Origin: Raillietiella orientalis
Taxonomy: Eukaryota
Direction: 5' to 3'
Length of the DNA stretch: 64,000 nt
NCBI GenBank assembly: GCA_036172245.1
Contig: JAYWIR010000043.1
Location: forward strand, 1,302,001-1,366,000
Shown: positions 55,849 to 64,000 of the stretch, piece after piece
Layout of the letters: each line of letters begins with the position of its first letter
How positions within the stretch are numbered: the first letter of the stretch is position 1
Position numbers and translations under genes: made by a program
Notes under the pieces: generated by a model
The model's database searches: none
Told to the model about the DNA's origin: nothing
What the model saw: only the letters and a program-made list of their open reading frames with translations

Positions 55849-56636
55849 TCCGTCCGTCGGCAACGCAGACCCGAGCCTCTGCGGGCCCGGGCTCGCGAGC
55901 CCGAGAAGAGCCGGGGACTCGAGGAATGCGAGCGGAGCAGCTAGGCGACGCCCGGAACAGCCGCGACATCCGCCGGTCTCTCCGCAAGACAGCGTCGCCG
56001 ACCTTCCGCTGGACGCGCGCGAAACGTCGGAGCTCAGGAGAGCAGACAGCGGAAACCCCGGCCGTGGAAGCGTGATCCTGCCCCGACCAGCAGACTCACG
56101 GCTCCTGACAACACGCGCGTTTCCCTGATGCCCGTCGGCAAGGCGAGCGCGAAACCGCGTCCTGTCGATCGCCGCCGGTTCGGAGCGCACGTGCCGCACG
56201 CCGTCGAGTGTCCGAGGATCCTCGTAACCGGCGAAGATTTCGCGGAAGAGCTCGTGACCTCTCGAGAGGCCGGCCCTTCGTGACGTCCGCCCGCGGGCAC
56301 TTTCGAGTCGAAGGCGAAAGAGGCCGTGGGCGGAGCTCCAGCTCTTTCGGGGTGCTGACATCCGGTGTGCGCAGCGGGCGTGGACGGCGTCACGTGCCCT
56401 GGAGCTTGCCTTGGGCAGACGAGACGCTGCGCGTGGAGCTGCGGAGGCGGTGCTCGAGGAAGCTGCATCCTGCCAGGTGGCCTTCGCTTTCGAAGTGGGC
56501 AGTCCGCGCTCGCTCGCCCTTCCTCCGCCGAGGAGGCACCTCGCCGGCTGGCGGCCTCAACCGGCGGTGCCGAGGCGATTCGCGTGGAGGAGAATGGACT
56601 GCCTTCGCGGTCGGCGCGTGCTCTCTTGGCACGCCG
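55849..56636 (+). repeat. 788 bp inverted repeat, left arm
   Basis: Reverse complement of 61514-62301; the ORF track shows near-identical peptides on opposite strands. About 5 substitutions seen by eye. Confidence 0.97.
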
Positions 56637-57649
56637 TCACGTTCTCTCGTCTTGTCCGCTTGCGTACCGCGAGCCGCTCCTCGGCGGCAGCGGCTCCTAC
56701 CGCGTCCAGAGGACTCCCCTTGGCGGCCATCGTCGGCGCGGTCCCGTACGCCGCGAGAACTCCACCAAAGGCGATGCCGTGCTGCATCCGTGCGCCGGTT
56801 GCGAACCGCCATGAGGTCTGACAGCGGCAGCACCCCGCCGCGTGGTTACTCCCGTCATCCCGTTCGTTACACGGGACGGAGGTGGGGGCCAGATGACCCC
56901 CATCTCCGTCCCGGAACCGAGGAAGAGAGGGGTGCCCGGTTCGCGGTAAGGCCGCGAGAAAAGCAGAACTCGGTGACTCTCCTCTTCCCCATTTCCCAGA
57001 GACAGTGAACGCTTGCTGCCGGCGTTTTCTCCTACCCTGCTGTGCACACTTTCCCTATCCCTTCCCTTTCATCCCCCCTCCCCCCATCGCTTCCTTGACG
57101 CCTCCGCGCACGGCGCTCATTTGTCGGCGACCCGAGCGCCGAGGCGTTCTCCGAATTGTACCTCCAGGGGACGCGAGTGCTTGCTTCGAGTGAACGTTCC
57201 GCAGTGACCGGGTGTGACCGAGCGCAACGCGACTGAATACCCAACGCGGGGCAAGTTGAGGAGGAGGTGGGCGTGTGCTGCAGAACATCCCCTCATTGCT
57301 CTTCTCTTTGTAAACCAGAGGACAAGAAGGCGAGGAAGCCAGTTCCCTTAGGGGTTTCTTTGCTTCTGGTACAGCTGCTTTCGTCTCTGCAAAGATGAAA
57401 CTAGCATCCTTATGATTTTTTCTGATTGTGAGATTAGGGAGACACAGGCATCGCTTCTCACGAAGTTTGAGCGATCTTTCCATCCGTGGGATGAAGCCAT
57501 GCACCTTGTCGGTGGTGCAGGATGAAGAATGCGACAAGATGAATGCCTTGTTGCCAAGCATCCTTTCCCAGCATCCAAGTATCTTTATACGAACAAGTGA
57601 TAGAAAGTGACTCCCTTCTTCTCTCTTTGAAGTGAATGCTCGAAAAGTG

Positions 57650-58050
57650 ATGATTCTTGACCGTGCCAAGGGATGAATCACGCATGATCCCTTGGCATGG
57701 TCGAGCCAAAAGCTCTTTGCCTCGTGCTGCTGCCAGATGCATATCGACGCGAGCTCCGCAAGGGACTCGAGGCGCAAGATGATCCTTCACATGAATGAGA
57801 TACCTTGGTCAGGCCACGTGATGAGGCGATGAATGAATCAATGTCTGTACAAGATGATAGAAGAAGATGAATGTCATGGTTCACGGGAAGATTGAACGCT
57901 GCACCTCCTGGGAGCGAGGGAAAGTTATTCTGCTGTTTGCCAGGCAAATAGAAGAGTAACTTTCCATGGAGTTCGAGCTGAACGGAAGCTTGTAGCCTCC
58001 TTGTTGCGTCAGTCGCGCCCTTTGATCCGGCGGAGGAGGAGTGCTGACGC
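57650..58050 (-). mobile_element. Possible decayed hAT transposase C-terminus
   Basis: KLLFYL...FN then SLAELASICIW...AKSF, a weak match to the hAT dimerization region. Confidence 0.3.
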
Positions 58051-58569
58051 TCGCGGCCTCTACGACAGGGTAATCCATGTGGCCTGAGGTGGTTCCTCTC
58101 TTTGAGCGTGGACAAACAGCAGCCACAGCAGTGGAACATTTTCGGCCAAAGGGCTGCAGCACCGAATGCGTCTCGAACCGCTCACGAAAACCGTCCCCGC
58201 CACCTGAGAGGACCTCTCTCGTCTTTTCCTACTGGTAGGATGGGGATCCGTGCGCACCCCGTCCCAAGGAGGCGGACCGCGTGAGAAGCAGGTGGGACGT
58301 GCCTCGAACCCCCCGTCGGTCGAGGGCGGAGATCAGGAACCCTCAATTGTGGCCCGACAGCGATGCACCTGGTCTGGGCGCTTCTCTGGTCTGCGGCAGC
58401 ACGCCCGGCCTTCGCCCCCGTCAGTGGCGTTCATTAAGCAGGGCAGACGGGGAGGCTGAGGCGAAGTTTGATCGCTGCGGTCGGATCTTTCGCAGTTTGC
58501 GTCGCCTGCCTCCAGGGGATGCGCGCGCGCTGGACTTCCTTTCCTTTGAGGTTCTCCAGAAGGGGTCCG

Positions 58570-59302
58570 TGTTGGCGGCCGCGCGTGACTGTGGTCTCTC
58601 CGCGCGTGGCTCCAGGCGTCGCGGGTTCGAATCCCTTCTGGGGAGGCGTTGACACCGGAGAAATGGGCGTCGTGGGTGTTGGTCATTCCGCGGGGGGGTC
58701 TGCGGGATGACGCTGGTTGGCCTGCACTTCAGGTGAGGCACTGGTGGGAGTCAGAAACCCCAGATGCCCCCGATTGAGTGACCGGGATTGGATGTTGATG
58801 ACCCTCCGGATTCCTTCCAGGAATCGAGGAGCCCTTAGAGGTTTCCCTCCGGTCTTGTGAAAAGGGACCCTCCATCGCGTAACCATGGAGCTGGTGGTGG
58901 ATGGATCCCTCTCCAGAATGTAAAGTGCACTGCCCCCATCGGGGAGCTACTTCTTCAGAGAAATCGGGAAGTGTTCCTCTGGGGCTCTCTTCTGAGGAGG
59001 AAACAGGGAGTGGACGCTTTCCGGGGATCCTTTCGGAGAAGAAACGAGGAATGGCTCCCTCCAGGGGTCCTTCCCGAGAAATTGAGGAAGAGGATCCCTT
59101 CGGAGGCAGCCAGGATGGAAGCTTCCCTCCACCCCACCCCCACCTCCCAGCGTGAGAGGAGCAGGACTCCTACCTGAGGAACCCTTCCTGGGTTCATAGA
59201 GTGGTCTCTGGGAGGTCCCCCCCTAACTTGGACGGTTACTACATGCACCTTCGGGTGGCGGACTGACCATGAAGTCACGTGGGGGACTCACAAGCTCTGC
59301 CA
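58570..59302 (+). mobile_element. tRNA-headed dispersed repeat, copy 3
   Basis: Starts TGTTGGCGGCC; B-box GGTTCGAATCCC at 58624-58635; GATGACGCTGGTT at 58706; TCCTTCCAGGA at 58812; shares CCCCCTAACTTG...GGTGGCG with copy 1. Confidence 0.78.
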
Positions 59303-59419
59303 CGCTGCCCGAGGACGCGTGCAACTCAATCAGGGGGAGGCCCCAACGGGACCACCCTGCTGATCCAGGAGGGCCCTGGGGATGGATTCTGTTCCTATCT
59401 GTTTCATAGAATTAGACTT

Positions 59420-59800
59420 AGCAGGTAATCGCTCCTGATTTCTTCTCCGTAGGAGGGTGGGGAGACCCGGAAGAAAACACTCCGATTTTCCCCTAAGGAA
59501 GCAGCGCTCTTCCGATGCACGGGAGAGGAACCCCCTGAGGAGGAAATCGGCGAAGACTGGAGGGGAATCCCGAAGTTCCTTAATGTCCTGGAAGGATAGG
59601 GGTCTTCTCCCAGTTCCAGCTAGTCAACGGGGGGAAATCCGCTCTCCGGTGCGCGCGAGCATAGCCATGCCGGTGCTGCGTACGGACTCCGCGGGACAGC
59701 CAGCGTCATCCTGTGGTTTTTGGTGCGCACCACGTGCCGCACGCCGAAAGCCGGACCCACCAACACGGGTGTCTTTGGCTACGGTAGGCCACGGCAACGC
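59420..59800 (-). mobile_element. Partial copy 4 of the same repeat, tail-to-tail with copy 3
   Basis: Reverse complement contains CAGGATGACGCTGG, CCCCGTTGACTAG, TCCTTCCAGGA and CTTCGGGATTCCCCTCC, matching copy 1. Confidence 0.7.
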
Positions 59801-61513
59801 TCTCCCAGTGGAGGAGAGAAGGAAGGAGGGAAGGGAGGGGAAGTCTTGGGGCTTCCTGACGGAAAACGAAAAGTGGTCGGGAAACTGTGGGATGCTCGTG
59901 CGAAGAGAGCTCTCGTCAACGACTGAGTGCCGTGGCAACGCCCGCAGCTGCGCTCCTGTGAACGCCGCTCGAAAGCCTCCCACGGCGTCCGTCGGTGATG
60001 CACCTTCCTCGCATGGAGCGAGGGGCGGACGATCGATCCCTGCTTAGCTCCCGTTCGGGAGCGCGGGATGCGGCTTCCCCGTGGTCACGAGAATCTGTCC
60101 ACGTGGAGCAGCGGAAGGTGGATCCATCCCTTCCTCCCGCCCGCGAGTGGAACGAGGAGGGCACTTGGAGTGGGGCGATGGGAAGCTCCCGCTGGAACCG
60201 CCTCGTGGGTCCCGGTCTTCCCGATGGAAGCCACTTTCGCACCCGGACCAAGGTGGCAGCGACCTTCATTTCACGCGTGCCGGCTGCAGATCCTCGTCGG
60301 CATGCTGCGTATCGTCTGCAGGCTGTGCCTTTCGCTTCCTTCGCGTCCCCATGCCTTCTCCCCCCCCCTTTCCGTTCCGCCGTCTTCCCCAAGAAGAAGA
60401 AAGCGTCCCCATGTCATCGAGAAGGACTTCAAGGAGAATGATCTTCGAGATGCAGTAGATCAATCGAGCGGGAACTGAATGAGCAGCAATGGATGCGCGA
60501 TTGCATTCAGAGGGTAGGCGAATGCGAGTTCCCTGCCGGGGAGCACGCAGAATGTACCCCACGGAAAGATGTGCCTCGCGGGGGCATACGGGCCAACCTG
60601 CGCCAAGCACTCGTGACGTCATCGTTGCCGACCCCGAGGCGGGGAAGCACCACTTTTCTCCCTCTCCTCCTGACCCCGACCGTCCACCCAGAAAGTCCCT
60701 CAGAGGGCCCCGGGAGGCTTCTGAAGCTGCTGTCCCTCCTTTTCTCCTTGCGCCGAAGGAAGCTGAGGTTGTTTTGCAAGAAGATCGCACTTTTGCAGAC
60801 AGGAGCAGCCTCGGATCGTTCAGAGGATAGACACCGAGTCTCTTAACCTTGCAAGCAGGGAGGGCCGCACGAGAGACCGTCCAAGATTGCAGGTTGCAAC
60901 CACTGGTGCAACCTTCCGAGAGCTACAGGTAATGCACAAGGGCAGTTCGTGGAGCTGGAAGCTTCGCGGCTCCAAACCCTCTTCTCCTCCCGCACGTCTC
61001 TGTTTCCTGCGCCCACCGACTGCGCAGGCGCATCCCTCTCCAGGATGCGGACGTGGGGACTGGGTGTGCGGCGAACTACCTTTTACGGTACCTCGGAGCA
61101 GCGGTGCTTTTCTCTGCGCATCTCGGTTGAATTTTGAAACGTGGTCGCCCTGCTGCCCTGAATCGAACGTTGCCCACGGGCACACAGACGTTGCTCCAGG
61201 TTGGGCCGGACTCTGTCGCTGGGTCAGACGCACCAAGGACCGCACTCAGACCGTTTCCTTGACGTGCGCCGTTCCGTGACCTTCCACCGTATGGTTCGCT
61301 AGGCAACAGCGACAGGAAGCTACGACGGCACGGACACGACACGGACACATCCCGCTTCCCGTTTCGCGCGAAGCAGGATGCGCCTGGACGCTGAAAACCC
61401 GTCATCCCATTCTTCCGGATCGAAGCCGTCTTGCTTGATACGCTTGCACGGGTCGCTCTTCACTCGCAGCCTACACCTTCGCCACGCTTCCTGGCTGCAG
61501 GAGCCACCTTCGC

Positions 61514-62301
61514 CGGCGTGCCAAGAGAGCACGCGCCGACAGCGAAGGCAGTCCATTCTCCTCCACGCGAATCGCCTCGGCACCGCCGGTTGAGGCCGCC
61601 AGCCGGCGAGGTGCCTCCTCGGCGGAGGAAGGGCGAGCAAGCGCGGACTGCCCACTTCGAAAGCGAAGGCCACCTGGCAGGATGCAGCTTCCTCGAGCAC
61701 CGCCTCCGCAGCTCCACGCGCAGCGTCTCGTCTGCCCAAGGCAAGCTCCAGGGCACGTGACGCCGTCCACGCCCGCTGCGCACACCGGATGTCAGCACCC
61801 CGAAAGAGCTGGAGCTCCGCCCACGGCCTCTTTCGCCTTCGACTCGAAAGTGCCCGCGGGCGGACGTCACGAAGGGCCGGCCTCTCGAGAGGTCACGAGC
61901 TCTTCCGCGAAATCTTCGCCGGTTACGAGGATCCTCGGACACTCGACGGCGTGCGGCACGTGCGCTCCGAACCGGCGGCGATCGACAGGACGCGGTTTCG
62001 CGCTCGCCTTGCCGACGGGCATCAGGGAAACGCGCGTGTTGCCAGGAGCCGTGAGTCTGCTGGTCGGGGCAGGATCACCCTTCCACGGCCGGGGTTTCCG
62101 CTGTCTGCTCTCCTGAGCTCCGACGTTTCGCGCGCGTCCAGCGGAAGGTCGGCGACGCTGTCTTGCGGGGAGACCGGCGGATGTCGCGGCTGTTCCGGGC
62201 GTCGCCTAGCTGCTCCGCTCGCATTCCTCGAGTCCCCGGCTCTTCTCGGGCTCGCGAGCCCGGGCCCGCAGAGGCTCGGGTCTGCGTTGCCGACGGACGG
62301 A
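61514..62301 (-). repeat. 788 bp inverted repeat, right arm
   Basis: Reverse complement of 55849-56636. Confidence 0.97.
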
Positions 62302-64000
62302 ACCCGCGACGCCTTGCCCGTCTTCCCGCGCGCGTCCGTCCATCGAGTGTGGCTGCCGTCGCGTCAAGGGACTCGGGCGTTCATCTACCAAGGATTGCAA
62401 TGCATCTCTTCGTTGGACGGTGCTGCGCCGAAGGCGAGCTTTCGCCTCTGGACACTCCTGGATGCATCCCAAAGGATGTGCTCTTTCGTCCTGGATGCAG
62501 GTCAGCGTCCTGCAGCGCTACGTCATGCCGTTCTCTTCTCTCACATTGCCGAAGGTCGGCTGCCCTGTGGGTAGACTTCCAAAACCGCCGCGCCATCTTT
62601 CCGCAGCGCTGGAAACAACAAATGGAGGCCGAGTCCCCCTGGTGGCGATAAGATTGTTCACCCCCTCGTCGACTTCCCCTCTCCGTTCTGAGATGAGGCT
62701 CTCCGGCTCGGAATCCGGAAAATTTCGCAGGGATGAGGACTTTGCACCGCCTTTATCTCTTGCAGCCCACTCAGGGAGCTCCCACGCTGCTGCCGCCACT
62801 GCGGGGCGAACAGGACGCAATCCTCGCAATCTTGATGCCCACGCTGCGGGACAGGCTGTACCTGCCTCCTTCCTCCCTCTGACGCGCTCCCGCTCCCGTT
62901 TTGTCTGGGCGATCTGGACGCGTGCCACGTTCGCCTCGGCGCCGCTCCACACGCGCCCAACCAGGCGTGGAAGCCGCCCGCAATTGTGGCACCGAGGGGT
63001 CTGGAGGGGGGATCTGTTCCGAGGATCATCCCTAGGGAGGGAATGCGGTAGCCACCGTCCGTCCCCGCCATCTCTCCCGGTCCGCAGAGAAGCCTCCTTC
63101 TTCCGACCAGGCGGCCCACAGCGCCCTTCAAGGAACGCGGGAGCTCCCTGGTGCACACCGTGCATCCTCTCCCACCCCTCCCAACCTCACACGGAGTGAT
63201 CGTTCCCACCCTACCGAGAGGACGCTCCTCGTGGAGGGACCGAGTCCGAAGAAACGGCACCAGTGGTGGAGGTGGACAGTGAGGAGGCAGGCGAGGGCAA
63301 ATGTAAGGGCGGGGCGGGGTTCCGGCGGAAGGAGCCGAGCTCTGCTCCTGGCCGGAGGGCCGGTTGGCTGCGTGCACGCAAAGCGGAAGGGGACGTCGGC
63401 CCTCAAGGCGAGAGCCTCCGTCCGCTCATCGTGACGGGCAGCAGGTGGACCGTACGATGGACCATGCAGAGCGGAGAGGCGGCGGGTGGACGCGCAGCTT
63501 CCGGGGATCGCGCGTGACGCGCCTTCCCCCGCTGTGAGGAGGAGGAGGAAGAAAAAGGGAGGAAGAAAAGAAAGAGAAGTAGGTAAGGAGGAGGAGGATG
63601 GAAGTGGGTGGCTCCCGGCACCAGCTGATGCTCCAGGAGCAGTCGACGCACCGGCTGCATGCTCCTTTCGGAAGAGCATCCACTCCCCCCTCCCCTCTTC
63701 CTTCTACTCCTGCGTGTACGGTACGGTACACTCTTGCTGAGGGCGCAACAAAAAGCACGGATTCTCCCCTTCCCCCATGTGAACGGGTGGGCACCCGGAT
63801 GTCCCTTTAGGGACGCCCCTTGAATTGGCACGTGGATGCGTGTGACTGGGGAGAACACCGAAGGGTCTCCCGTATTCCTGAGTGCTTCCCCCTCCTTTTT
63901 CCCGAGTAGGCGTGGCGAGTTCCAGAAGAGACGGGAAAAGCGCTCGCCCTACGCGCGGGTGGGAAGCCGGACGCGGCGCCACCCTGGCCACTGGCTGCGT

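Noticed and set aside
55849..62301. Intact TIR DNA transposon (Mutator/foldback type)
   Set aside because: No target-site duplication at the outer ends and no intact transposase; the spacer is old mixed debris.

Overview
Eukaryotic (invertebrate, most likely arthropod) nuclear DNA with short spliceosomal introns; most ORFs in the six-frame track are GC-driven noise. An AT-rich, CpG-poor, gene-dense block (~9-24 kb) holds THUMPD1 (-), HID1 (-), an mTERF-like gene (+) and most of Crk (+). It is flanked by GC/CpG-rich DNA containing a secreted prohormone-like ORF (-) and a 19 kb RASEF/Rab45 gene (-). The GC-rich DNA also holds heavily deleted relics: intronless Notch EGF-repeat pseudogene pieces, a mitochondrial rrnL-nad1 NUMT, and hAT and Ty3/gypsy fragments. 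The most notable signals are: (1) four copies of a ~0.7 kb repeat with a tRNA-like Pol III head that sits where a gypsy 3' LTR should be; (2) a near-perfect 788 bp inverted duplication just upstream of RASEF; (3) an operon-like HID1->THUMPD1 arrangement; (4) composition/CpG boundaries that cut through genes; and (5) palindromic and fold-back insertions suggesting microhomology-type repair. All assignments are by eye, from motif recognition; no searches were run.
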